From Octopus bimaculoides (lineage: Eukaryota): a stretch of 64,000 bases of DNA. Of the stretch, positions 40,625 through 55,050 are shown piece by piece. The stretch spans positions 163,273,844 through 163,337,843 of the forward strand of contig NC_068981.1 in the NCBI RefSeq assembly GCF_001194135.2, in the 5' to 3' direction. A program made the translations under genes and the position numbers. A model generated the notes under the pieces. That model was given only the letters and a program-made list of their open reading frames with translations, made no database searches and was not told the DNA's origin. The first letter of the stretch is position 1. Each line of letters starts with the position of its first letter.

Positions 40625-40950
40625 ACCCCTTTTTTTGCTTCTAAGCACAGGTGTGGTGGTAAGGTGTTTGCTTTCCAATCACATGGTTCCAGATTCAGTT
40701 GTACCTGTGTAACACCTTTGGCAAGTGACGTCAACTATAGCCTTGGGTCAACCACAGCCTTGAGTAGATGAGTGTGCATCATGTTTGACCCCCTCCAGCA
40801 CTGGAGGTGCTGGTTTCAGTTTTTATAACTTAGGAGTTTGACACAAAAGACTGATAAAATAAATATGTACTATGGTTGATTTATTTAATCAAAACTCTTC
40901 AAGGTGATGCTCCAGCATGGCCACAATCCAATGACTAGAACAAGTAAAAG
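40625..40950 (+). mobile_element. Type A SINE, diverged
   Basis: Head aagcacaggtgtggtggtaagg. Tail ttcaaggtgatgctccagcatggccac...aacaagtaaaaga. Confidence 0.7.
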
Positions 40951-42424
40951 ATATATTTACAACTACATTACCAAATACCTCCATTTTTTTAAGCTGGTAG
41001 GATATGATTTGAAGGAATTTTGGCTGTTATTTCTAGTAAGCTGAACGTCTCTTATTTGCTCAACTGCAATTTGCTTTCAAGCATTGATTGGAAGAAGGTT
41101 TAATATCCATAGCTAATGCCCTCGTGGAAAGACATCTATGTCAGTCAGCTAATATATTCTAGATATCAGATGGTAGTGGTGGATGTAAAATGTTAAATTA
41201 ATCCCTCATTTGCCCTAACGAAGATGGAAAAGAGAAAAAGAAAGATAAAGCCAGGGAGAAAAAAATAAATAAATAAACATTGAAAGAAGATCATGTAAAA
41301 ATAAAAAAAATTTTTTTTAAATCAACTAATCTTCTTCAAATCCAAGATTCATGGATAACCTGCGAGTCTTATTTCTAAGGATTGCAATAAAAAATAAATA
41401 AAATTTTTTCGTAAAAGAGAAAAAATTTGAAAGTTACTTTTAAATGACCTGGAAAGATATTTTCAAAATGGTAAAAAGTCAAATCTAAAGAAGACATATG
41501 AAAATGTCCTGATTTTATGAATTTCTAAAATAAATAATTAAAATAAAAACAAAAAACAGAAGTAAGGTTGGAGCATAAGCCGCTTCTAGAAATGGGATAT
41601 CATTTAATGAAGCATCACCAATGACACTGTTGCTAAGAGAATTATTTTGGTTTGCTCATATAAATTCACTTCTTCATAGTGACTAACAACTACCACAACA
41701 AACTCTTCCCTGATTAGATGCAGCCAATGATTCCATTGCATTAAATTAAACCATATTTTAACAAACTTCAAACGAAACAAATGCTTCATTAATTTCCAAG
41801 CTGTATTCTCATGAAAATGAAATTATTCTATCAAGAAACATAAAGACAAAGAAAGCAAATATAGCATTACTTATAAGACAAGGTCAGTTTCTTTTCTCTC
41901 TTTTTCTCATTTTTATTTTCCTCTTTTAGAGATTTTAATTTCCTCCTACACATTATTATTAATTACAGCATTGGATTACTTAACTAAAAAATCTTAATCT
42001 GCCAAATGAAAGTTTTAAAAAAAATGGCCTGCAAACATACTAATGAAAAATACTGTAACCAAATACTAATTATTAAAGGAATTTAAGCTCAGATTAGTTT
42101 TCTTGTTTTCTATTTTTTAATTCATTTTAAGATTTTCTAGTTGTTGCTCAATATAAATTAGGTCTTATCTACTTATCTACTCATCGAAAAAAGATCTACT
42201 TGAAACATAATATTAAGAAAAACATCACAGTATGGTGTCACAGAGCAAATGGTGGTATGTTTTAAGTGAACTGTGACTGAAAGTGAGCTTTTGATTTGCA
42301 GTAAATCTATTCTCTTTTTTTTTCTTCTTTTTTTTTTTTTGATTACTAAAGTGTGCAGTCTACAATTCTGTAAATATGGAAGATTTAAATGTAAAGAAGA
42401 GGGTATAAAGTGTATGCCATTTTC

Positions 42425-43230
42425 ATCGTTATTTAATGTCTACCTTCCATGTGGGCATAAGTTGGGCCATTTAACAGATCTGACAAGTTAAGAGATCTAC
42501 TGAGCCCCAGTGTCTGCTTTGACATGGTTTCTATAACTGGATGTCCTTCCTAACACCAACCACTTTATAGAGTACAGTTTTGTTTTTTTTCTGAGGGGGA
42601 ATATCAGCACTAATGAGGTTGTCATGTAACTTGGAAGTCTCTTTAAATGAGTGGGGGTATAATAGAGAGGGAGACTGATTTACGCTAAGTGTTGAGATGT
42701 TAATGCATGATTGAGGGATAGGAACAAGTCTGTTGCTGGAGAGGACACACGTGGCTAGCTACCCTGCATTATACAAGGATGGGTGAGAGAAACTGAGGTG
42801 GAGCTGAAAAGAGCTGATGCAGATGATGTGGTGTCAGAACACACTCTCAAGGTACAAAGTGAATAGAAGTGAAAGAGAGAGAATGAGGACATCATAAAAT
42901 CAGGAAGGGTTGGTAAAAGCGTGAAAAGAGTGAGAGCAGGTTAGAGATAGGGGTAAATGCAGTTAATGGAGCAAGAATAAAAGGGTGGGTAGGTGAGAAA
43001 AATTGAGAGATGGCTGTCCTTAGAAGTGACTCAGGAGAGGATGTTATGAGCAGCAGTAGAGAAAGGGTGAAAGTCAGTAGAATAAAATAACTAATAGGAT
43101 AGGGGGGAAATGAGAAATGGGTAGGTGGCAGGTGGAGAAGGTAGGTAAAGGTTGCAACAGAGTGGAATGCAAGGAGAGTGAGCAGCATAAAGTGCTTGGA
43201 TTGGAAAATGTCAAAAGGTGCACACTACAT
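42425..43230 (-). mobile_element. Retroposon 3' region: pyrimidine-rich segment on - plus decayed RTE-type tail
   Basis: Tail remnant at 42425-42600 (atttaatgtctaccttccatg...ctggatgtccttcctaacaccaaccact). It is contiguous with the RT fragment at 43230-43590. Confidence 0.45.
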
Positions 43231-43590
43231 CTCATTTCTCTTATGCTATTTTTCACTCAACATTTTGTACTCAGTTATTTATGAAGACACACAATGCACA
43301 CTCAGTTGAGGATGTTTCTTTCATTTCTCTCCAGTCGTTGCAAGTCTCCTGCATTCAGGTCCCATGTCTTATTACCTTATAGCATTGCAGTCTGTACACA
43401 AACATCATTCAGTTGTCTACTCTCCTTTTGCAACTCACAGCGGTGACATCTCTCTGAACTTTCCCTAGCATGTTTTTATTTTACCCTGGTTACTATACTT
43501 TCAGAACATTCTCCGCCAGTGCTAATTAGGTTACCTAGTTAACAGAAGCTATCTTACCACCTCTAGGAATCCTTCAGGGCATTTTCAAAA
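43230..43590 (-). pseudogene. Decayed RTE-clade LINE ORF2 C-terminal fragment, paralogous to 2110-2640
   Basis: Minus-strand translation: LEVV/DSFC*LGNLISTGGECSESIVTRVK ... VQTAML*GNKTWDLNAGDLQRLERNERNILN*VC. Confidence 0.8.
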
Positions 43591-44049
43591 TATCTATTTC
43601 CTGTATTTATTGCTCCTACATTCCACACACACACAAAGCCTACTTTCTCTGGAAACTTTCCTGTGAGTCTACACCTATGAAATTTATTCCTTTTTTATAT
43701 ACCAAGCAAGGGCATTTTCCTGAAAGGGCCAACAATGAAAAATATTATAGCTGTGACCATATTATCCAATGCAAAGTGGCCCTTTCTTTTGGAACACACT
43801 ATGGCGTGCTGTAAGAGGTGTAGCTACTGTTTCTAGTAAGTTGAATGGCCACAAGCACAATTTAAATTCAGTAAGTTTTGATTTTATTTAAACAATCAAG
43901 AGAAACAGAAGAAACAAGAGAATATACGAATAAAGGAATTAAAAAAAAACTGAGGACCACTTGGGTGGCATACTGACCAAGATTTGTAGATGCCTCTAGC
44001 AAGTAAAACTAAATATTTTGATAAAAAGTTCATCACAAAAAAGATTAAC

Positions 44050-44084
<35 letters not shown>

Positions 44085-44439
44085 CACACACACATACACA
44101 CACAAGATTTTAAAACTAAGTAGCATGGAATGTAAAAATTTAGAAATTACAATCATTACAAACAGATTCTACTTGTTCCCTATTCTACATGTCAGAGAGA
44201 AAAAGTAAGGATATATTTCAAACTTATTTCAGTAAATAAACTTCACGAAACATAGAAGTTATTTTAAAATGCTGAATCTATTTACACTCGTTTGCTGCTG
44301 TCTAGTTGCAGGTCAGCTCCCAACTGAACAGATTAATAAATGGAAGTAATAAAATATAAAAAAAAGACTCGCTAGTGTTTTGAAAACACCAACATTTATT
44401 TATGAAAAAAAAAAAAAAAGAAAAAGTTTAAAATCATGA

Positions 44440-44862
44440 ATGGGTGCAGGCATGGTTGTGTAGTTAAGAAAGCTCACTTTGCAGCACTAGTTTTTGAGTT
44501 CAATCCCAATGCACATCACCTGTATCTTCAAATATAGCCTCAGATCAACCAATGTCTTGAGAATGAATTTAGAAAATGGATACTGTGGAGAATCTTGTCG
44601 TGCATGTATGCATTTGTGTGAGCATGTGCCTTTATTCCCCCACCACTTCACAACTGGTGTCGGTTTGTTTACACCCTCATATCTTAGTAGTTCAGCGAAA
44701 GGAGCCACTAGAATAAGAAAGAAATTTTAAAATAAGTACTGGGATTGACTTGTCCAACTAAACTCTTCGAGGTGGTGCCCTAGCATGGCCACAGTCTAAT
44801 TAACTCTTCAAATCTGTACCCTTGCATGGCCCCAGTCCAGTGACTAAAACGAGCAAAAGATA
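44440..44862 (+). mobile_element. Type A SINE, diverged
   Basis: Head gggtgcagggcatggttgtgtagttaagaaagc. Tail cttcgaggtggtgccctagcatggccacagtc. Confidence 0.7.
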
Positions 44863-44992
44863 AGATAATTATTATAACAAGCCAATAATGGAGCCCCAAC
44901 AGAGAGGTTGCTGGAACTGGTAGAGTTAGTATCAACTGTGCTTTAGATCATACTTCACCATCTTAAGAAAAATAGGACATTTTAGAATGTAT

Positions 44993-45025
<33 letters not shown>

Positions 45026-45464
45026 NNNNNNNNNNNNNNNNNNNNNNNNNNNNNNNNNNNNNNNNNNNNNNNNNNNNNNNNNNNNNNNNNNNNNNNNNNN
45101 NNNNNNNNNNNNNNNNNNNNNNNNNNNNNNNNNNNNNNNNNNNNNNNNNNNNNNNNNNNNNNNNNNNNNNNNNNNNNNNNNNNNNNNNNNNNNNNNNNNN
45201 NNNNNNNNNNNNNNNNNNNNNNNNNNNNNNNNNNNNNNNNNNNNNNNNNNNNNNNNNNNNNNNNNNNNTATATATATTATATTATATTATTTAATTGAAT
45301 GCAATGCAGCCATTCCCAAGTGTGTGTGTGTATGTGTGTGTATAATTGAAATTTACAGAAAAACAAAAGACAAAGACAGGTGTATAAACTACAAGTAGCT
45401 GGTGGTCATGACCGGAATTTCTTTGATCAAAGGTAACCTGGGGCTAAACAACAGAGAACAAATC

Positions 45465-45830
45465 ATCATCATCATTCTAACATCCACATTTTGATGCTTG
45501 CATGGCTCAGATGGAGTTTATTGAGGCAGATATTTTCTATGGCCAAATTCCCTTCTTGTCACCAAGCATGAAAGTATTTTTTCATGACCAGACATATTTT
45601 CACAGAATATTGCAAATGAATGACATTCATTTATAACAATCACACAATGACAAAACAAGGAGGCACAAAAATACACACTCCCCCACACATATACATGACA
45701 AGCTTCTTTCAGTTTCCATCTACCAAGTCTACTCACAAGACATATGCCCAAGAAGCTTCACAGTGGAACTGAACCTCAAACCATCTGTTTAGGTAGCAAA
45801 CTTCTTAGCCACACAACCATTTATGTTACT
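45465..45830 (-). mobile_element. Type E SINE
   Basis: catcatcattctaacatccacattttgatgcttgcatggctcagatggagtttattgaggcag ... cttctttcagtttccatctacc. Confidence 0.65.
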
Positions 45831-48266
45831 GATGCTAAAGTGATCAATGTAATATAATAGAAGCAGAATCACTTAAGATATGTCTTAACTTAGAATCCAA
45901 TTATATAGAGAGAAACTTAAGCAATCTCCTTTTCTCACATATCATTCCAAGACTACTCTCTTAAATTTTTTTTAGTTGTCAATTTGAATAAAAGTGACTG
46001 CAATACAAATATTATAAGGCAAATGAGCTGGCAATCAATCATTAAGGCAGTAGATAGAACACCTTGTGGTATTTATTCTGGATTTCTGTGCTCTTAAGAT
46101 CAAATCTCAGACTCTGTCTTTCATCTTTCCATGTTTGATCGATAAATAAAGTAATAGACTAGGTTGGTGGAATGGCAGTGTTGTTAGAATGTCAAAACAA
46201 AACACGTTGCAGTATCACTTCTTGCTGTTCGTATTTTAACTGTAAAGCCTGCTCTAAAGCTGGTGTTGAAGTGTAGCAATCTCTGCCTCCCTATAGGACA
46301 AATATTACTAGCATGAAGACAAGGACTTGCATGCATAGGAAACTGCTGGTCTTCCATAAACAAAAAAGGAAAGAAAGAAAGAAAGGAACCTTGCACCACG
46401 GAGAGGAATTTTCTAAATGTAGACCCAGGTCAGACAGAGGCCCCAGATAAATATAAATAATGAACACATAGTTGACTAAATGATTTGTGGAACAGTAGCC
46501 ATCACAGCTGATACAACTGTGATTACTGTAAGGCCAACCTATTTTTTTCTACAAAAGCTAATCAAAGTTATTGTATGTAATGTCAAACTGGCAGCAATAA
46601 CATTACAAACCAAAACAATCACTGCACTTTTGGAGCTTGACACCATTAATTTAAATTTCACAGATGACTAATAAATTCTTTCACATGAAACTCATTCTGT
46701 CTCTGTCTCTCACACACAAAAGATTCAGATTCAGTGAAGGATACAAATAAGATTTTTTAAATTATGTACAAGCCCCCAAAATATTTGAGTGTTAAAAAAA
46801 CAAATCTATGTATTTATATTCAATTTGTCCTTTTAATAAACATTTCATCTAATTTTTTTTTTCTCCTAAAAAAAGAAAACAGAGGTTGATTTTTATTTCT
46901 TTCATTTCCTAATAAAATGACATAAAGAGATAAAAATTAAGCAAGAATATTTTTAGACAAAACTCCTTCAAATAAAATATTAGTTTCTCTACTTAATGTA
47001 TTATTTAAAACAGAAGGTAACAAAACTTAGAAATAACACCACTAATGATGACGACGACGATGATGATGATGATGATGATGGCGGTGATGATAGCAATACT
47101 AAATAAATTGTAAGCAACCGCAGTTTAGCTCTAGTTGTGAATTCATGCCATTTTGGATGACAAAAACAGTTTTGTAAGTAGCAGTGCAGTAAAGGACTTG
47201 ACATTTGAAATATGCATAAGAATGCCTCCACTGATTTGTCTGTCAGATGAGATCGATCAAACACAACACAGAATACTCTTAAGTAATTTGTGAACACGCC
47301 AAGTGCTTCCGAGCTAATAAAGCTTAGCAAGGCAGCCTACTGCTGTCAAGAGAACATTGATAATGCCAGATCCAGCTAAAGCATAAACAAAAAAAGAAAG
47401 AAAAAAAAAAAGCAGCTATAAAAATATAACTAACTCACCATCTTTTAGTTTCCTATTAAGAAAGAATGAAGAGGAATGGTTGGGGTATTTAAAACTTTAG
47501 ATTATAAAGTTAGCTATTTAGCAAAATGAAATGAAATATTTAATCCCATCTTTAGTTTTTTTTTTTCACCATTCAACACACACACACACATACAGACGTA
47601 TGTATGTATGTTAAAAAAAAAAAAAAACATTCAAACTTGTGTTTTTTTTTTACTAAAATTCCATAATGAAATTATAGACTACTTTACTAAACTATAATGA
47701 TTAGTCCAATTGACTTGAAACAATCCACTTGATCATAGATCTTTGCAGATCATCAGAGATCCAATGTGACACTTATATCAATGGATTAGAGTTGTTTTCT
47801 TGGAATTAAGGAAAAAATTGTTAACTTACATTGGGAATCCTGTCAGATCTGATCGACTCACTTGCATTATATTACATAAGACAAGATTTATTGTTAAAAC
47901 TATTTCAACACATTTATATCAAATGTTTTGTGTGTATGTGTGAGTGAGTGCGTGTGTGCGTGCATGTTTATTCAACAGGAGGGACTATGGTTGTCAATCT
48001 GTTTGTATGTATTAGCAAACATCAGATTTCAATAAAGTTCACAGAACAGTAAGTTTGGATGCTGTTATGAAGAAGAAAATTCAAACACCCTAGTCAGGGC
48101 ATGCCTCAGAGAAGAAATGAGTAGGAAACGTATTGAAAAATATAAACAAATCTAAGAGTGTACATAAGGTTGAAATGCACAAAATTTTCTTTTAAAGTCG
48201 TGTACTGCAAAAACATGACTGTCTAATTTACCCGAAAATTTCTTATAATCATTTTTGCTCCAATAT

Positions 48267-48310
<44 letters not shown>

Positions 48311-49778
48311 AGTCTCATTTGTTGTAGATGTTAAGCTGAGATGATCAAAGACATTCCAGTGTAGGCTATCTTGTCCTTTTAGGGAGATCTATGACAACAT
48401 TATGTGTTGTAGATTTTTTTGATTTTTCAAGGCAGTGGGTTAAATTTCAAGAATTGGCTGCTATTTCTAGCATGTTGAGTGACTTACTTAGAGGCCCCTT
48501 CATTGCCTAACCCAAGTCTCAAAGAGCTAATGGCGAAGGTAGACAAACTTATGCAAATTATATTAACAAGCAAGCAAGACCATGAACTATAATTTGTGTG
48601 TGTGTGTGCATGAACACGTATGTATGTAAAAGATAGTAATATGGTTTCAAATTTTGGAACTAGTTCAGCAATTTCATAATTTATAAGGAGAAAAGGCAAA
48701 GTCAACTTCAGCAGAATTTGAACTCAGAATGTAAAGGCAGCTGAAATGCTGCTATGCATTTTGCCTGGCATCAAGTGGGAGAGAGTGGCTGGGGCGGGGA
48801 ATAGCCACCTTGATAATTAAAGTAATATAGACAGAGTGAATGCTGCAAAACTTCATTCAACATGAAGCTTTATTATTTTTGATGAACAAAGATTTTTAAA
48901 GAATATAAATGAAATGAGGTGAGTAAATGAGACACTTTTTCATTCAACCCAGTTAGTTAAAAGTTATTAAACTGTACATTTATCAAAATTGTGGGTACAC
49001 ATATATCATTTTAATGATTATATATACATATATATATTTATAATTAGCAGTTTCGTGATATCAACTTGTTGAATAATAACTTAAACATTGAAGTTTTAAT
49101 TATTTAAAATAATTAATGGCTACAGTTTAAACGCAGTAATCACAAAAACTTAATGATGATACCTTATATATGAACTTTTACTAAAGCTTAATGACTTTTC
49201 ATTATGGGTTTAATTTCAATTGATTAAAAATGAGTTTTGGCTAACTATATATTAAGCAAGGTAGCCTTACTTAAGAAAAACACCCTCTACTTGAACAATA
49301 TAATATATTTAATACATATTGTTCAAACAGAGGACATTAATGGGAAATTTTCAAACCCCTTACATGCTATTGTTTAATATTATGTGAGCCCTAGATTAGG
49401 AACAGTCACCAGTGTCTTAACTTGGGTATACTGCAATGAACTTAATAAATACAAAAGGGTTAGAATAGACGGGTAGCATTATATTGGAGTGTAAAAAAAA
49501 AAAAAAAATGAAATAGAATATTTTTAGGAATGAAATGTGAGGATTGCATTATATTCAAGAAAGCATTTGTATTTGTTTCAATACAGTATATTTATAGTTG
49601 TCACAGCTGTGATCATCACATCAAGCTTTTGCATTTTTTAGAAGTCAAGGTGAATCTAAGATTCGTCTTTTTATTTTTTTTACTTCTTTCAGTCACTGGA
49701 CTAAAGCCATACTGGGACACTGCCTCGACATCCTGTACTTCCTTCACATGAGAGAGGAGAGTGTGATTTGAGGAGGAA

Positions 49779-49966
49779 TTTGACTACCATTTCTAGCAAG
49801 TCAAGTAACTATACAGAGGACTGAAAGGCCTTCTGAATCTGGTCATAGGCGAAGGAGACACCAGATTGAAATGTCATGGAGAAAAAGAGCAAAGATGATC
49901 ATAAGCAGTTATATCACTGGGAAAGATGGCATGCGATCACTTGACCTGCTAGAAATAGTAGTCAAA
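49779..49966. mobile_element. Small element or inverted pair with ~30-bp terminal inverted repeats
   Basis: tttgactaccatttctagcaagtcaagt versus acttgacctgctagaaatagtagtcaaa. The same motif occurs singly at about 34210, 35010, 40480, 41010, 43820 and 48450. Confidence 0.5.
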
Positions 49967-50699
49967 CATCCATGATACAACACCATACTATTTCAAATAA
50001 AAAGCAAAAAGTGTGGTGGTGGTGGTGGTGGTGTGGATAACACAGTGGGGGTAACTAGTCTTAGTTACACTATTTCTGAAAAAGGATAATGTAGTCAAAT
50101 TTATAATGTCTTTACCATAGACCTGCTCAGTCAAGTTAATTAGGACAGGGGAGGGACAAAGCAACAACAATTCCCTTATACCACCCACATTCTTGGCAAT
50201 GTTGTTAATTTACCTTCTAGTCAACACTTAACTGCATGCAGTTATTACACCTTAAGGTATGTAAAGTGTACTGGCAGGCCCCACTCTCAGCCACTAAACT
50301 CTAGCTAAGTGACACCAGCTAGAGTAACAATATAAGCAGGTTAACAGCAGCTTATGAGAAGCATAGATTTTTTTTCTTCTCTTCTCACCCCAACAACAAT
50401 CCTAGAGAAGCCCACCCCCTGTTGCGAAAGAAAATAAAAAAACAACAAAAAAGTTATGGACATTGACCCTCCTTCTTTCAATAAGCCAAAGAAAATATTT
50501 GGAGAGGTGCTGATACCTTCTCAACTAAACCAGAGGGTATACAACAACAGCAGTTGAAGACTGAATAGAAAATGGCGATCATATTAATTTCAAATTCTGA
50601 CACAAGACCAGCAATTTTGTGCGAGTGGGCAAGTCAATTACATCGACACCAGTGCTCTGACAATGATCATATGATGATGATCTGGTGTAAGTTTTCATT

Positions 50700-51120
50700 G
50701 CTAACATCATCAGTGTCAACATTTACATGTACACTTTTTATGCTTGCATGGGTCAGATGGAATATATTGTTACCAGCACTGACCAGTTTCAAATAAGGTA
50801 ATACTTCTCCATCACCAGACATGGTCTCGCAGAATATTTGAAATGGATGACACAGTTTGTATGACAGTGACAATCATTTTACAACTATCACATGAGAGCA
50901 AGACGAGAAGACACACACATATACAAACATATATGCACACACACACACACACACACAATGGGCTTCTTTCAGTTTCCATCTACCAAATCCATTCACAAAA
51001 CATTAGTTGACCCAGGGCCATAGTAGAAAACAAGTGCCCAAGGTGTCACATAGTGGGACTGAACCAGAAACCATGTGGTTGGGAGATAAGCTTTCCAACC
51101 ACACAGTCATACGTGCTACG
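50700..51120 (-). mobile_element. Type E SINE
   Basis: ttttatgcttgcatgggtcagatgg ... gggcttctttcagtttccatctaccaaatccattcac ... gggactgaacc. Confidence 0.7.
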
Positions 51121-51682
51121 GGATGTGTGNNNNNNNNNNNNNNNNNNNNNNNNNNNNNNNNNNNNNNNNNNNNNNNNNNNNNNNNNNNNNNNNNNNNNNN
51201 NNNNNNNNNNNNNNNNNNNNNNNNNNNNNNNNNNNNNNNNACACACACACACACACACACACCAACCAACAAAAATAAATGAAAACATAAATAGGCCAAA
51301 TTCTATTATGCAAAGATAAATCAGTGAACGAAGCTTAATTATATACTATTATTATTATCATTTCTATTAAAAACACATACACGTGCACACACACACACAC
51401 AAACAAACACATGTATTTCTTAATATGAATAGCAGGCTCTGAATCAGCAAGCTAGCAACAAAGCACTTCAGATTTTCATATCATTTTGGATTTAGTTATG
51501 TAAATTTTGAACTTCTTGCTCTCTCACGGAAAATATTTGGAGATTGTTTTCACTGATGTAAATAATTTATGCAAGTTTGTATAGAACACTGGTATAGATT
51601 ATGTATGTATGTAACAAGCAAAATATAAATAAATAACTTTAGGGGAATGTCTGGATGTGTCAGAAAGACACAGACAGTATAT

Positions 51683-51728
<46 letters not shown>

Positions 51729-52112
51729 AGGGTAAATAAATCAAAAAGAGAAAGAGAAATCAATTTAAAAAATAATAATGACAAACATGAACTTGGCTCT
51801 TGTAACCTAACTTCACTGTCATCACCAAGCTTAACAACAAATACTACTAAGACAAAAGTATAAGACAAAAATATCTACTAACATTATATAAACATATTTC
51901 TGTTTGTTAGTTTGCCTCCCACCTGTCTGTGTGTGTGTGTTTGTATACCCACACACACACACATATATATATGTAACATTTTTTGGCATCAACAATATAT
52001 ATGATACATTAAAATGCATACATATATATATATACTGTGTTTAAATATACTATTATTTGGCATTTTTTAAATACTTTATTTCATTTATTTTTGATATTTA
52101 TGGAACCTGATA

Positions 52113-52157
<45 letters not shown>

Positions 52158-53054
52158 AAATGTAAAGAATTATGAATATGTGAATATATTTTTATAAATT
52201 CTACTTCCCATACCTCTAGGCAAACACTATACTGGAATTTAAGAAAATGACCCCATAAAATAAGTAAAATTGATTCAGGGATTAAAAAAACAAAAAAGGG
52301 TTATTTTCCTTTTTACTTACTTACAATAATCTGAATATGTTTGACATATAAAAAAGAAAAAAAACCAACGAATGCCTAAATATGTAGAGCAAGGCTGTTT
52401 TTAAGTTTGTTTTGATAATGTTATATTGAAGAGGTTATGCTTAATAAATAATACAGAGGAAATGTAATAAATTGAATGGAACGCATTGGAAAAGTATGTG
52501 GAAGGCAAAGAAAGTGTAAACCTCTTATTCAGATCTGCAAAAAGAGTTGTAAGGTTGTTGGTATTGTTTAGACCTTTATCTAAACAATATCTCAGTACAT
52601 TCTGTAAAGTGATTGAGCATCCAGCTGTAGAAGCCATGCCAAAACAGACAGCAGTGCTTGATGCAGTCTTCCAACTTATCAGTTCTTGTCGAACCGTCCT
52701 ACCTAATGTCTGTACAGGTGTACAGTGAACTATACATTGGATGTTGAAGTGATCATAGTGCAACATGAAATGAAGTATTTTGCTCAAGAACACAATGTAC
52801 TACCCAGTCTGGAAATTGAAACCACAAGCTTGTGATTGTGAGCACAACATCATAACCACATGTCCTCACAGGTATTAAAAGGGCTTAATACCAACCTTAC
52901 AAATGCTTTGTTTCTTTTCTTGTTACTTTGGCAAATTAATTTATGAGATAAGAAAATGGTTGTCGGAAAGCCCTTTCATACAATCATTCAGTCCGATACT
53001 GTGGAAGTTGAAGCTGCTAGATAGAAACAGAACCAGCAAGATATAATAAGGCAA

Positions 53055-53260
53055 GCTCGCAGAATCTTTAGCTTGCCATGCAAAGAGCTAAGTGGCATTT
53101 CATCCGTCTTTATGTCCTGAATTCAAATTCTGCTGAGATTGACTTTGCCTTTCATCCTTTCCAGGGTCGTTGAAATAAGTACCAGTTACGCACTAGGCTT
53201 GATGTAATCGATTTAACACCTTATCGCGAATTTGCTAGCCTTGTGCCAAAATTTGAAATC
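53055..53260 (+). mobile_element. Type D SINE in sense orientation, with (ATC)/(ATT) tail
   Basis: gcaagctcgcagaatc...ctttgcctttcatcctttccagggtcg...ccttgtgccaaaatttgaaatc. Confidence 0.75.
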
Positions 53261-53803
53261 ATCATCATCATCATCATCATCATTATTATTATTATCATCA
53301 TTAAGCATTCTAGTGTGTTGTTAATATTATTTAGTATTCTAGAATGTTTTGAAAATATTAAAATCTTGAAAGGGGAAAAAAAACTTCCCAGCTACCTTTT
53401 AACTTAGCTAGCTTGTAAACAAATGACACTTGAAAAATTAGAAGTTTTTGTTTTGTCATGCGGTTGCTATTTTTCTATATAAACTGGTTTTAGATTACTA
53501 GATCAATTTTAATAGAAAAATTTTATAGTAAAGTCATTCTCTGAATATACAATTTCTTTTGATGCTTTATTTTTTCTCCCATTTTTTTTATATTTGTTAA
53601 TTAACTTTTGTATTCTATTTTTGACAGTTATATATATTACTGTTATTACAGTCATCACTAAGACCACCACCGGTACTATTATTACTGCTGTTTTGCCAGT
53701 AATAAATTGAGTTTTAAGTGGAAGCTTCTGTTATGTTTTAAGTAACATCCACTTCATACTTATAATCTCATAATCACTTCATTTAAAAAAATTAAGATAC
53801 ACA

Positions 53804-53845
<42 letters not shown>

Positions 53846-54509
53846 AACAAACAAACACAAGTATATTTCTTGTATTTTAAGTTTCTTCATTGCTCATTTT
53901 TAAGAAGTCATCTCAAAAAAAAAAGACTACTTTCGTGGAGAAATCAATAAGTAAAAGAGATTTGTCAGGAAAAAAGAAGAGAATATGTGTAGAGATATAA
54001 AAAAAATAATAAATAACTACTGACATTTAGTAACTAAGTGATGTCAGCTTCTTAAAACTAAAAGTTTATACGTTATAAATATAGAGAGGATTTAAAACAA
54101 ATGATAAATGAATGAAAGCACATATACATACATATATATATATATATATATATGTATATGGAAAAGCAATCTAGTCGATAAATCCCATTCAATAATGTAA
54201 ATCTTGTTTCATAAAATTTCATTATAGAAGACAAAACTCATTTGCAGGTTGCTTTTTTTTTTTTACTTTTTTTTTATTGCAGGGGGTTATTTTTCATATA
54301 GATTTATAAAATTTATTATTAAGTCAGAGAAGGGAGTCAGGGCGAGGAGGGTCGGGAAGAGTTCATTACCACCTATAAATGTGTCTTGTGGTTAGCGTTA
54401 TAACAGCCACACTACTTGTAATAATAAATGAATGAATAACAATAAACATTTAGAAGCAGCAGAGTAAAACAATAATAATAATAACAACAATGATAACAAT
54501 AACAGTCCT

Positions 54510-54720
54510 AAAAACATAAAGCCTAAAATTTTTGTGGAGTGGTGGCTGGTCAATTACATTAACCCCAGTGTGTGACTGGTACTTATTTTATCGACCCCCC
54601 CCCCCCCAAAAAAAACTAAGTTGACCTCAGCGGAATTTGAACTCAAACATAAAAGCTGCAAGAAATGCCGCTAAATGTTTTTGTCCAGCATGCTGACAAT
54701 TCTGCCAGCTCACCACCTTA
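54510..54720 (-). mobile_element. Type D SINE
   Basis: gcctaaaatttttg...ctggtacttattttatcgacccc...ctgccagctcaccacctt. Confidence 0.75.
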
Positions 54721-54752
54721 ATAATAATAATAATAATAATAATAACAATAAT

Positions 54753-54966
54753 GATTTCATTTATTTGCCACCGGGGCAAAGGATGATGATGATAATAATA
54801 ATAATAATAATTTCATTTATTTGCCACCAGGGCAAAGAATAATAATAATAATAACAATAATAATAATAATAATAATAGTAATGATTTCATTTATTTGCCA
54901 CCGGGGCAAAGGATGATGATGATAATAATAATAATAATAATTTCATTTATTTGCCACCTGGGCAAA

Positions 54967-54997
<31 letters not shown>

Positions 54998-55050
54998 TTC
55001 ATTTATTTGCCACCAGGGCAAAGAATAATAATAATAATAATAATAATAAT
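54753..55050. repeat. Minisatellite: five ~27-30-bp cores (atttcatttatttgccacc[a/g/t]gggcaaag) separated by (AAT)n/(GAT)n
   Basis: Cores start at about 54753, 54810, 54883, 54940 and 54996. Confidence 0.9.

Noticed and set aside
46499-46525. atcacag...ctgtgat mini-hairpin resembling a miR-2 seed
   Set aside because: The stem is only 7 bp, far too short for a pre-miRNA. I recognised no conserved mature miRNA anywhere in the window.
54753-55050. CRISPR-like array
   Set aside because: The context is eukaryotic, the spacers are only (AAT)n, and there are no cas genes.
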